A DNA stretch of 64,000 nt from Thalia democratica (taxonomy: Eukaryota), in NCBI GenBank assembly GCA_965202585.1, contig OZ241828.1:49848001-49912000 (forward strand). The letters are read 5' to 3'. The translations under genes and the position numbers were made by a program. Positions 25,935-38,700 of this stretch are shown here, piece by piece. Each line of letters begins with the position of its first letter. The stretch's first letter is position 1. The notes under the pieces were generated by a model that saw nothing but the letters and a program-made list of their open reading frames with translations, did not search any database and was not told the origin of the DNA.

Positions 25935-26773
25935 CTAAGAAATATCTAAATGTTCAAAATCTTCTTTATAATCTTCATTTTTTGTAATTTCAATTTTGTA
26001 TGAGACTTCCTTCGAGCTTGTTCTAAAGAGTAAAAAAAATAAACGTTCTGAAAATTTTAAACTTTTAAATTTTAATAAAGTAGTATTATACTGACAATTT
26101 AAAATAGAACTGACATAAAAGTTTTCAGTAGTATTTAGTCTAACAGCATTTCAATATTTAGTTTTATAGAGAACAAAATATTTTTTGTATGTTTCATTAC
26201 CGTATAATTTTTTGATTAAACACAAAATCTTATTAAAATAGTTAAACTTTTTTATCAACTACAAAAGTTTAATATTTTAAGTTTTTTGTACTGTTTCTTC
26301 GTTTTAAATTTGAAAATTCTAAGAATAATTGAAAAATCCTTAAAATTTATATAAAGAATCTAATCTATAGTATATCAAAACTACAATTTTTAATTCACAT
26401 GATTAGCTTTAAAATTAGTTGAAAAAAAATACAAACTATTGAAACTGACTTGTCAAAGCTGTTATCCAACACTAATGTGTAATATCCTATTTTATCTGGA
26501 ACGTAATGGATGATATCGACTCCTTTCATTTTCCTAGCGCAACAAACCACATCCAAATCACTTTCCTGTCATTTTTTCATAAATGTAAAACACTGCCCTG
26601 TTTTCTATAAAAATTTCAAACTGACCTCATTTTGGGAATAAGCGAGAGAAATGTATATCTCTCCTCGCACCTGCACCTTCCAAGCCACGTCAATGTGCGC
26701 CTGTTCAACCAGCAACGGGATGTGCAGAGTCTCTCCCTTCTTAACTGTTACTGCTTCTTCATTTTTCCTCGCA
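25935..26773 (-). CDS. FYCO1: GOLD-domain-encoding last three exons of FYCO1
   Basis: AVTVKKGETLHIPLLVEQAHIDVAWKVQVRGEIYISLAYSQNE / ESDLDVVCCARKMKGVDIIHYVPDKIGYYTLVLDNSFD / KTSSKEVSYKIEITKNEDYKEDFEHLDIS*; contains the G.Y.L..DNS...SK.V.Y signature. Confidence 0.8.
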
Positions 26774-29700
26774 CTGGTAGTTTGTTTGAAATTTATTTTA
26801 GCCTAGTTTTTTTAGACTAGAAAATTTAAGGCTTGAGTTATTTGCAGAGTAAAAGATTATAAAGTTCAAAAAATTGAAAAAAAATATTTTTGAGAACCAT
26901 GATTAAAATAACAAGTAGTACTTCCTCTATAAATATTTTTAAAAGTTTTTATTAACGCTCTTAAAGTAAATTTTTAGCTTAAACATGCTTTTATAAAAAA
27001 ATAAAACAAAACTACTTTGATTTAGTAGATGTTGGTACTAAATTTGAAACGAAATTTGACATCATATTGTAACTTCCATTTAATAGATCTGAAAATATTA
27101 TTTAGTAAAAAAATATTTTAATAATTTAATAAAAAGACTTTGTATCAAAAATTGTGCTTAGTAATACAAGGAGAGTAATATACGCTGAATATAAATAAGT
27201 TATTTTTGATTCTCTCTAAAATTGGTAGGTCTTGAGATTAAGTTACATAGTTAAGTTTAAACTATAACATTATTGTTCGTTTAACTAAAAATTTTTGATT
27301 CATCAAAAGTATTGAGTTACTGTGTAAATTTTTTACCATAATGAAGCTATCAAGGTATAAACGAAAAATAATTACCCATTGATGTGTAGGAATTGTTTTC
27401 TACTTTTTCATTGTTGGAATCTTCAGTTTTAGAGTTTTCTAGATGGTATTTGTCTTCATAAAGCTTGCTTTTGTCGCTACAAAAGTTATTATCAATTTTG
27501 ATAGTTACAAAGTATTTTTTCACAGATAACGAAACATTTTAAAGTCAGATGACTTACTGTAAGAGTTGTTGAGTTTTTTCAACAAGTTGTTTAATGTCAT
27601 TTTCGTTGCTTTTTATTTTTTCTTCAAAGCAAGTGAACAATAAACTAATCGATTTTTCTAGTTTTGAACTATTTTCATCTTTTTCAAACTTTGTGTAAAT
27701 TTTATTATTTTGGTTATTAAATTATGTTTCTAAAATGATATTTATTTAAAATAATAACACATAATAATTTAGTATAACGACTAAGCACTTTTTTTTAGTT
27801 TTCTGCCTTCAATAAAAAAAAGAAGTTAAAGCAATTAAAAATTGATTGATATAAATTTGTAATATATTTCACCGTTTATTCATTGCAAATACCTTTAACT
27901 CATGATATTTTTCGTCAACAACTGCATTTACTTTATACATTTCGTCTTCCAGTAATTCCAAACGTTGTTTGAAATCAATATTGTCTTTTATTTTTTCTTG
28001 AAAACATCCTACAATAACAAATAAAAACATTAACAATTATAAAACTGTTTTAATACGAAATACATAAAACAGCAACTACTCTGCGTTTTGTTCATTTCGG
28101 ATAATACCAGGCAAAACCTGCCTGGAAGTTCCGCTACTAGCTCTTTTTCATCCTGTACATTATCAAAACATTAGTTGGTTAAGTCTAAAATCAGTTCAAA
28201 AGATGAAAAACAAACCATTAGTTTCGACAATTCAGGCAATCGATCCTTGTCATTATCAGCCGACAAGTTTAAATGATCTCTGTTAAAAAAAAAACGGCTG
28301 ATAGATATAAAAAGCTAAAATACTTGTTTTATCAAGTAGACTATTCAAAAACTATTGATTAAACCATGACTGAAAAATTATATTGATTTGATAAATAATA
28401 TTTGATTTCTTAACTTAATAATTTTAAATTTTCATAATTTAGATTTGTCAGATATTAAACACTTACCTAAAATTTTCAAAGAAAGTCTGCAGAAGCTGAT
28501 GAACTGCAATAATAATATTATTTTGATCTTCATTTTCCTTTAGAAGTTGTACGATCTGAAAAAATATTTTCATTTGAATTTAAACTTTCTACAAAAACTT
28601 TAATGTTAATATGAGTTTTATGAGCAGTTTTTATATGGTAACTAATTGCATGAAGAATTTAACTAATTTTAACATTATAAAGTTTAAAATTTGTAAACAT
28701 TATCATTAAAAAGCTTATAAACCTGAAAATATCTGTCTTAACAATTTTTTTAAATTAAAAAATTTAAAATGTTATGACAAAAGTAAATAAGAAAATGTTT
28801 TTTTTTTCGTTTTTTTGTTAAATTTTTATATAAAAACTTTTTTTAATTTGGTACGACATATTTTTCTAAATGTTACAAAGAAAATTTTCTAAAAGTTTGA
28901 TTTATTTATCTCGAAAAACATAAGAAGAGATATATATTTAGTCATTTCTATTTATTCGCCGTTTTAGTTTTCTCCTCTCATAAGGAACATATTTTACTCT
29001 CCGACTTTAACCGATATATCTCAAAAATTATTTTGAATATTATAAAGCTATAAAAGCAACTTGTAGCTTAGATAAAAATCTAAAAAATAAGATCAAATTG
29101 TGAAAAAAGTGATGTACCCCTCCCCCTATGGAAACAAAAGACAAACTTTAAATATTTTTTTTCTCAGTTTAATTTTCAACTAATCTAATTTATCTGCACA
29201 GAAGAATATAACATATATGCCATTGCTGTTATTATGTAAGAAAGAAACTATATGTTAACATAACTTATTTTTTAGTAAAAAAAAGTTAACTAAGATTTTA
29301 GCAGTACTTTTTTACCAGATAGTCAGGGTTGCCACAGATCAAGCTTGAAAAATTTCCTAACTTTTTACTAAAATTTTCCTGACTTTTCTAAATCAAACTC
29401 TTAATTTAAACTGATTGTAAAATACATAATCAAACACTTGAAACTATACAAAGCTTTCAATCTTATTTTTATACAGGTTAAAACAACAGTTTTTTTGCTG
29501 AATTCAATCATCTAACTTCCATTACATCACTTGAACCACCTGTGTGTGATTGATTTATTTGCAATAAACAGCTCTATTATGAAAACAATTGTATTTATTA
29601 ACTTATAAACACGACTTGTCTGAAAATAGAAACAATATTTTAGCATTTCTTAACATAAAAGTAACTAAATAAACGTAAATACATATAATGAGCTTTTGAA

Positions 29701-32700
29701 ATTAAAACTTTAATACAGTAATGAACTTTTACAACTAAAACCTTAAAACAATTAAGAACTTAATCAAACACAGTTTTTTTTTACTATATGTAATAAAATT
29801 TATTTCTACGTTTCTTTGTTAGCACTTCAACTTCTTCATCTAATGAAGATATAGTTTCCTTCATCTGGTCTGCATCCCGCTTAAATATTCTTGACAGTTA
29901 TCACCATTTGCCTCATTTTACTTAAATCGTTCTCATCTGCTGCCCCTACACTTATCAAAGAGAATATTTTCTCTAAATCTAGCCACAGTTTGTTGGCTTC
30001 ATTTCTTTTCTTTTTTGCACTCATTTTATTAATTTTAACCAGATGAAGGCATTGTAAAAAAAGTAAGTTAGTAAATTTCTAGGAAATTTTAAAAATTTTA
30101 GTCTGATATCAAAGGATTTTTAACTAACACTTTACCATTTCAAGGCTTTGGAAAATTAGGAATTTTTTAAATTTGAACTAACAAAATCTGACATTATTTC
30201 AAATTTTGTCAAATTTCCTGACTTTTGTCAGTTTTTTTTTCTGACTTTTCCTGAATTTCTTGACCTTGTGGCAACCCTAGTATAGTAATTAAAAAATAAA
30301 TAAACTTAGATTAAATATTAAAAATAATTTTCACATGCTACAACTTATAAAAAACTTAAACGTACTCTTAAACTTTTGTCATATTTTTTGAACATGAACT
30401 AATACTGAACTAAAAGTATAAACAAATTTAACTTGTTTTAACGTGTTTAGTTAACATTTACATTTAAAAAAGCAACTGTTTAGCTTGGATATTTTGCTTT
30501 AAAATTTTTGATATCACACAACTGCACACAAAAATAATTTTATAAGAATGTTCACACTAATTGCTTAAAACAAATTTTATTTACCAAACTTCCAATAGAA
30601 AAGTTCTGTTTTGAAGTAAAAAAAGTTGGTTAAAACTTTGTTAAATATTAACAAAAATACCAAATCAAACTTTTGTTTGTCTGATAGGTTGATTAAGATT
30701 TATTTTGAAATCCTTAAGAATAGCTTTTTAACGTTACTAAAATACACTTCTTACAAATAAATTAAACAAAATTAATCAAAACTTATAAATGAAAAGTCAA
30801 CCTAATTACCTTTAATTGAGCTTCCTCAACTGCTTTCTGTTTCGATTGCAGCAACTCCTCAGTCTTTATAACCTTATCTCTTGTCTCGGATGTTTCTAGT
30901 TCGGACTTAGCCACTTTATCTGTGTACTTTTCCACGATATCCTTGGAAAACTGCATCTCATCTTTGAGGTTGTTGATCATGACTTCAGCTTCTCTCAACT
31001 CGGTCGTTAGTTTTGTATTACAGGCTCGGTCTAATTCTAACTGGTCCTGGAATTGGTTTTATTTGTTTATATGCGGCTTATAAAACTAATGTTATGATTA
31101 ACTTCACAATTAAGTAAAACTAAATGAACATATGTAAGATAAAGTTTACTTTTCAATCTTTCAGCAAATTTAACACAGTGGGTAGTATCATAAAAATGTG
31201 TGTAGGCAAAAACTACAAGTTAAAAAACAGAAATTACTTAAAACTTCAACTTTTATATTATAAATAGGGTTAGAAACTTTTTCAAACATTACTTAAGATC
31301 CATTACAATAATACAAGACAAAAAAAACAAGCAAAACCTGTTTTTCTTAATCAATCCCTACTTTTTTTAAACAAAGAAATTACTAATATTTATTTAATTT
31401 TAAGTTTTCACTGTTAAATCTTAAACGTTGAATTATTTATTTAATAAAATTAAAAACTAATCACTAACTTTTGCGCACACTACCCATTATGTCACTTTAA
31501 TGCTTTTACAAAAGTAGCTAAAACATTCAAACTTTTAAAGTATCATTAAAAATACTTAAAATAATAAATCAATAGTTATTAATTAATTATTAACCCTTAA
31601 AGTTTTAATTTCTTCCTCTTTTTCCAAGATAGTAGCATTATCTACAGTGGAATCTCTGTGTATAAAATATTACTTTAAATTACGAAAAACTGACAAAAAG
31701 TTTAAATTATCTAACAATTGTATTAAGTCAAAATCAGATATAAAACTTTTATTTTTTTTCAGATGATAATAAAGTTTATACATTAAAAAAAATTAAATTT
31801 TTAGCTAGCTTTAGATGCAAACAAAAATATCTACTACTTGAATAACTTGGAAATTTTAGACATATAACTTCAAAACGAACCGCTTAATTCAACAAGTCCA
31901 CATTTTATTTTGCCTGTTTGACTAGCTAAAAAATAAAATGTGGACTTGTTGAGTTAAGAATAAAAACTAATTTCTAATGCCTGTTTATTTACTAAGAAAT
32001 CAAGGATAGAGTTTTAAAACTAATCTAAAAACGGCTACTTTTAATACTTTTTAAACATATCTACTTGAATAATAATTTGACTTGCAAGGATTGTAATGAA
32101 ACGAATCTGCAGGCTTAAAAATTGATAATACTCCTAATGAAAAACAAAAAATTTGTAAATAATGAAAAACTTTTAATCTTTCAAATATATTAGTAAAAAA
32201 GCGAATATGAAAACCAAACATTCAGCAAAAACTGCTATTTTCTTTTAAGTAAAATTTGCTTAGTAGTACTTATAATGTGACATATTGTTATTCAAAACTT
32301 CTCAGTAAATGAATTATTAATTGCAAAAGCAAAATGAAACTCGGAAATAATACTTGCAAGATTTGCTTTCTAAAAGTATACTTAGAAACGCGCAATTCAA
32401 GAAACCACTAGTTTAGGTAAACAAACTCAAGGGCAATTATTTTAAACTCAAATAAATTTTATGTTTAAAAAGCTAAAGTTTTATTGGCAAACAATTACAA
32501 GCTTAACTAACCAAATAAAATATTCACTACATAAAACTGTTTTAGCTGCATATAATAAATATTATCAATTTTACTACACAATATTAATACTTCTTAGGAA
32601 AAACAGCTTTTACACAAGCAATAATTGTAATAATTTGTTGTACTCATAATGAAACAAAATGTAAGATGAACCTCATAGTTTTATGTTTTTATTATTATTT

Positions 32701-35700
32701 AACTGGCTATTGAGTAAAATTAAATTGGATAAAATTTGCTATTCAGCTACATTTTCAAATAAGAAATCGATCAATTTGTCAAACAATACGACTATGATGT
32801 TTGTCGTTATATTTTAACTTTAATTTTAGTAAAATAATCATTCATTTACTTTTCTGTATTTTTCACAGAAAAAAATATTAACTAAATGCTACTTTCCAAG
32901 GTTGTTTTCCATTTATTTAAATAGTTAAAATCATAACAAGAATTAATTTAAAAGTTGATACAAAAAGTTATCGAAAATACATTGTTTGGGTCATAAAAGT
33001 TTATTATCACAATATGAACTTAAACTACAATAAGAAACATTACAAACAGTTAAAATCGACTAAACAGGCAAGAAAGCAATTTTTAGCGAAACATCTCGTA
33101 CTAATGTTCACTTTAATTAAACTTTAAATTTTATCGGCTCCAATTAATACTTCTAATTATTTGTAAACGTATCATGAGCTTATTTGGATTTAATTTTTAA
33201 TTAATAAAAGACAGTTGACTAAAGAAGTATTTATTTTGTGAATAAAATTGAAAGAATCAGCAAAAAAAAAACAAAAAAATCACAGTAAAAATAATGGAAA
33301 TAAATTATTTAATAAATTACAAACGTATGTTTTTTTTTCTATTTCTAATAACCAAATTAAAAAGCAAATCACAAAGTAAAAACTACGCAAATTAAACATG
33401 TGCAAGAGTTAGCGATCCTTATAAATCATTTAAAACACCACTCATATCTAATTCTATTGTCTAGCAGGCTTTCTATATAAATTCACCAATCAATACAGCA
33501 ATCTACCTTTTATCGAGTTGCTCGATTCTGCATTCTGCAGCTCTCAGCTGTTCGTGAGCGGCACTCAAATCCGCGATCATCTCGCCTCGCTGAAGCTCCA
33601 AACTGTCGTTTTGCTGTTTCGTCACCGAGACCTCCTCCTCCAGATCGGATATTTTTTGGGCGAAAACGTTTTTCTGCACTTCCAATTGCAACTGCCGTCA
33701 AACAAGTTTTTGTTTAATTCAAAATGAACTTCTAAAAGTTAAGTATGTAAGTTACTGGTTATGAATATTGCAAAAGTTTATTTTTTAATTTCGTTTAGCA
33801 CTCAACAGAATAAAAGTGCTAAGGCCTAATATTAGTATAGCATGTATTTTAGTTAAGTATCAAATTTTTTGAATGTCTATTAACAAAAGTTATTTAATAA
33901 AGATTCAAATGTAAATAGTCTCTTTAAAGCTTAAAATTTGGATTAAGTAAAACTGTACTGATTTAAAGTTATGTTTAAGACAGGTTTATCAGAATGTAAA
34001 AAACTAAGATTATATGAAGTTAACTAAAAACTGATTTAAAAAGTAAAACATTACAAAAACCGACAATAATAAGAACACTAAAATTATTTCATTTATATAC
34101 TTTTAAGTTATAAACATCTCGTTGTTTACAAATTTTCGGCTCACAAATTCTAATGAACAATGGTTCTAGAACTGAGAAGTGGTAGACCAAAAAAATTGCA
34201 AACCACGAGATATTTATAACTTTAAATTAAATAAATAATGTGTTTTTAGTGTTGTCGGTTTTTGTAATGAATTTCTTTTTTTAGTTTATTTAACTCAGTT
34301 TTTATTAATTTTTATACAATCTTAAATGTCTTTTTTCGATTTATTCTTTCTTAAACATAAAATTAATCAGTATAGAATTACTTAATGAAAACTTAATGCT
34401 TTACACAGACTATTTACACTTGAATCTTTATGATGTAACTATTATTACAAAATAATCAAAGATAGATGTATACTTTACTAAAGTGTACATAAGTGTAGTA
34501 TAAACTTTAAACTACTTTAAACTAAATAGTGTAGTATAAAATTAAAGTTTTTACTACACTTATGTACACTTTACTTTTTATCAATTTTATTTTATTGAGT
34601 GCTAAACGAAAATGCTAAGTAATCTTTCTGAACTTTCAAAGTGAGTAAGTTATATATAATATTTTGATAAAAATCAGTACCACATAAAAAACTTTTCAAA
34701 TGGTTAAAAATAAATAATGTTCTACTACTTTAAGTAATTAAAACTGTATACCAACCAATAATATACAAATTAAAAATGTTAGCTTTTATAAAAATACTCA
34801 CTTACGTAAAAGTAAAACAAAATGATATTCTAAAACATAATTTTTAAAAGACTATGCTGTTAAACTTTTTTTGATTAAAGATGTATTAAACATTAAGTTT
34901 TTAAAGCAGTAAATAAATGCATAAATCACTTAAATTTTAATAAAAAATGAATATTTATTAGAAAGTTAGAGTAATAATTTAAAGTTAAATTAAAATAAAC
35001 AATGTGCTGCTTTAAAGCGAAATCGACCACAAAAATGTGCTGCTTTTTAGCGAATTGTTGTATCTATGACATCATTTTGGCATAAATAGATAGTTTGTTC
35101 TTGTAAAACTTATAAGTTGTACAATAAGAACTAAGATAATGAGCGGTTTAAAGACTAACAAAATTTCAATAATTCCTTTTTTAGATTTTAATTAGGTATT
35201 TTAAAGTAATTTGGTAAAAACTTAATATAATATGTACTAATTATTTTTAAAACATACAATACATTAATAAAACATAATGAACAAAACAGGTAAATAGAAA
35301 TTTAGAAAATTTAAAAAAGCTGTTAACTTTTAAACTTATTTTAGAACTTTTTTAACTATTTTATGTTAAAATCACCTTGTAATCATGTATTGAAGTTTCA
35401 TACAGATCAAGCTGCTGTTTCATATTTACAATTTCCATTTCATTGTTGGCTGCTTGATTTAATTCGCTTACTACTGAGAATAAAAATTATTTGTTCTTTC
35501 TAATTTTTTGTTTTAATGATAATAAAAACAAATATATTTTTTTATTTTCCGAAACTAAAGAAATTACCTTGACCAGAACTACCATTATTACTGCTTTGAT
35601 GAAGGTGTATTTTCTCTATCTCACGAAGATTGTCTATCGTATCGATGATGAGATTGACCTAAAGTTTTAAATTATCTATTTTTAAAGAAAATTTTTATAC

Positions 35701-38700
35701 CCTTAATAATTTTGATACTTTTATTTTAGTGTGTATGACTTAGATACGAGAAAAATATTAAACGATTAATATATTAAGAAATAAATCTAACAATTGAATT
35801 ATTACTAAACAATATTACAAAACAGGTACTAAAATTTAGTCAATTTTTTTAATAAAGCAATTTTTTGACAAGTTCTACACTTTGAGCACTATATACTAGT
35901 GTTATTCCCACAATTAAATAAGACAATACTACAAGAAAACATATTTGAATAATGACACATATTTTATAGTTTTCATAAACCTTTGTCGAAAAGTAAACTA
36001 CAAACTTTTTAAATTTCCAGGTGATTACAATTATTTTTTTATTTTAGTTTTTCTTTAAAATTCAACAATCTGGCATAATAGAACCTATTTACTTTTTTAT
36101 TTATTATTTTTTAACTGATATTTTAAACTGAAATACCGACAAAAATAAAACATACCACTTAACTTTTCTTTTAGTATGATCATAGAGTTTTTATTCGAAT
36201 AAAATATTATGAAGAAAATAAACCTGGTTATCAGAAGTTAACTCTGCCATTTCCTCCTCCAGCCCCAGCGCCTCAACTATTTTCATAACGACCAAGTCGT
36301 CATCATCCCTCTGTGACGTCATAATGTCATCGTCAACGTCACCGTTCTCTATTGCAACACGCAGATTTTCTAGGTGCTCGTTCAGCTCCGGCTTGGTCTG
36401 TATGAGCCGTTCCAAGCACTTGGCGTACTGCTGACATCTCAGCAGCTGCTCCGACGGTAGGTCGTCAGTTCCGACGTTGTTGTTGTGACGCAACAAGGCG
36501 TGTCGCTCGTCGTTCGCCAGATCGTCGCTGCTCGACGTGAAATTCGAGGTTATGTTTTCCATTCTGCAGTCAAGATCAGTTTTGTCGATTTTATTTAGGT
36601 ATTGTTTGATAACATTTTTCGTAATTTTACAACTGTTTTTAATTAAACATTAAAAAAAAAGAACAATTTCTTATGGTACTTATATATAAAGCAAAAATAA
36701 AAATACGGATTACAAATTTTAATAAGGCAAAACTTATTTTTAAGGATCTCCATTCATTTGTTTTTATTGTTTTTACTGGTAACTATAGCTACAGTTCTTC
36801 TCAATTAAAAACTTTTATGTATTACAAATAATCAAAAAAAAAACTCTAAATCCTATGAAAAACTCCTACTTGAAAATCTAGGATTCCTATGAAAACATTC
36901 AAAAAATTCTAATTGCAACTTAAATAACTTTCAAGTAGGATTATCACTTCTGTAAGTTTAAGTTATTAAAAAGTTTTTACGTTTATGTTTTAAAATCATA
37001 CTTCTGTGAAACAAGTTGTTCCAAGTTATATTTATCTTCCTGGAGTCTAGAATTTTTTTCTTCTAGATCCTTGTTATTTTGTTCCACTGTTTGTAATTTC
37101 CTGGATAAACCTTCATCACGCGTCTGTTTCAGCAATTAATTGATTTCATAAATTTTTGTGCACACATTTTATAAATCCACCAAGATAATACAACTAAATA
37201 AATCTTTGTTCTATGTAATTTTTAAGGAAATAATTAAAATGATACTAAACTGGATGTTGCCAGAATATTTAATTGAATATCAGTTTTTTGTATACTCTAA
37301 CAAAAATTATTTTGCTTTTACAATGTTTATAATTGGATGATTTAAGATATTAAAAATAGCGAATGTTAAAAGATAGAAAGTGTTTAATTTCATACTAGCG
37401 CCCTATATATTAACAAGTAAAGTAATTTTTAAAGCCCCGCATATAAAAACTCAGTAAGAAAATCAGTAAAAGCTTAGAAAAACATAAAAAAATTATCTTT
37501 ATCTGCAAACTTTAAGGTCGATTGATGAATAGTTTTATATTTTTATTTAGTTGAAGCCAACTTGATTTTATTTGTTTTCTTTTTTTATTAAAAATATAGT
37601 TTGCTCTTACATCAATTCGAACCTAATAAATTGGTTGAGATAATTAAAGGTTTTAATTCGTTTCACTTCTTAACTTGAATATATAAAAACCTATAGATAA
37701 AAAACATAATGATTTTTCTCAATTCTAATTTGATAAAATAATTAATTTTCTTTTAATGAAAAATATACTTGAAATTCTTCAGACATGTGGGATAAGGCGT
37801 CGTGCAAGTGGCGGTTTTTGCTTTCAAGATCCGATATGACCTTGGCGAGAATTTCCTCCTTCTCAATAACACCATGCAAATCATCCTCCTTGTCAAGGAT
37901 CTCCTTTTCGAGTTGGGAGTTAACTTTTCGTAAGTTGTGAATGGTCCTCTACGCGAAATTATAAATTTTAAAAAACTTGAATTTATATAATTTTCAGTCA
38001 TGGCTAAAATTTAAATTTAAAATATTGTATTCGTTAACAAGCAAAATTTACTAACATTTGTTATTGTAAGAATAGAAAAAGTCAAAATCAATATGTTTAG
38101 CACATTTCAATTTTACTGAAATTAAAAGATAAAAACAAAGCATATGAGAAACGAACGTTGTGTTCCTTGATAGTCTTGTCGCTCTGCTCAAGTTCAAGTA
38201 TCAATTCCTCCATTCTCTGGTCGACTTCAACCGATGGAGCTGACGGTGGTCCGCCACTGCTACCTGTTTGAATATTTTCAACTTGCTTAATTATTATTAT
38301 TGATTTATTAATATTTAACTATGCTAAACAACAAGTCCTTAAGTGTACATTTACAATACTTTCAATATTGTAAACAAACCATTACACTTTAACAAAATAT
38401 TTTTAACAACTTTTACAAACGTAAAACTTTTAAAAACTTCTTTAAAAGCAGTATCATACTAAATTGTATAAATTAATTTAAACAAATAAATCTATTTTAA
38501 ACTACATCTAAGCCAAATATAAATTTTATTTTCTGCTATCACCTTAAATTAGTGAGTATGTGATATTTCAATTTTGTAATGTAAAACTATTAGTAAAAGA
38601 CAAGCATAATTATTCTAAACTTTTTTGAAGCTTCTAGTTTTGTACAAAATTTTAATGTCTAGCAAATGAGAAAAAGTTGTTAACAACAAGAAAAATTTTA

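Noticed and set aside
32075-32140. CKDC-like peptide and a possible small exon as a hidden FYVE fragment
   Set aside because: The CxxC is on the + strand, opposite to FYCO1, and the candidate minus-strand exon has a stop in the phase required by its neighbours.
33510-33727. Overlapping ORFs 33510-33701 (-) and 33518-33727 (+)
   Set aside because: Alternative-frame and antisense shadows of the GC-rich FYCO1 exon 33691-33507; only that frame has in-phase splice sites.
37753-38001. 82-aa ORF MTENYINSS...
   Set aside because: Wrong frame of FYCO1 exon 37948-37769, whose spliced frame reads RTIHNLRKVNSQLEKEILDK...
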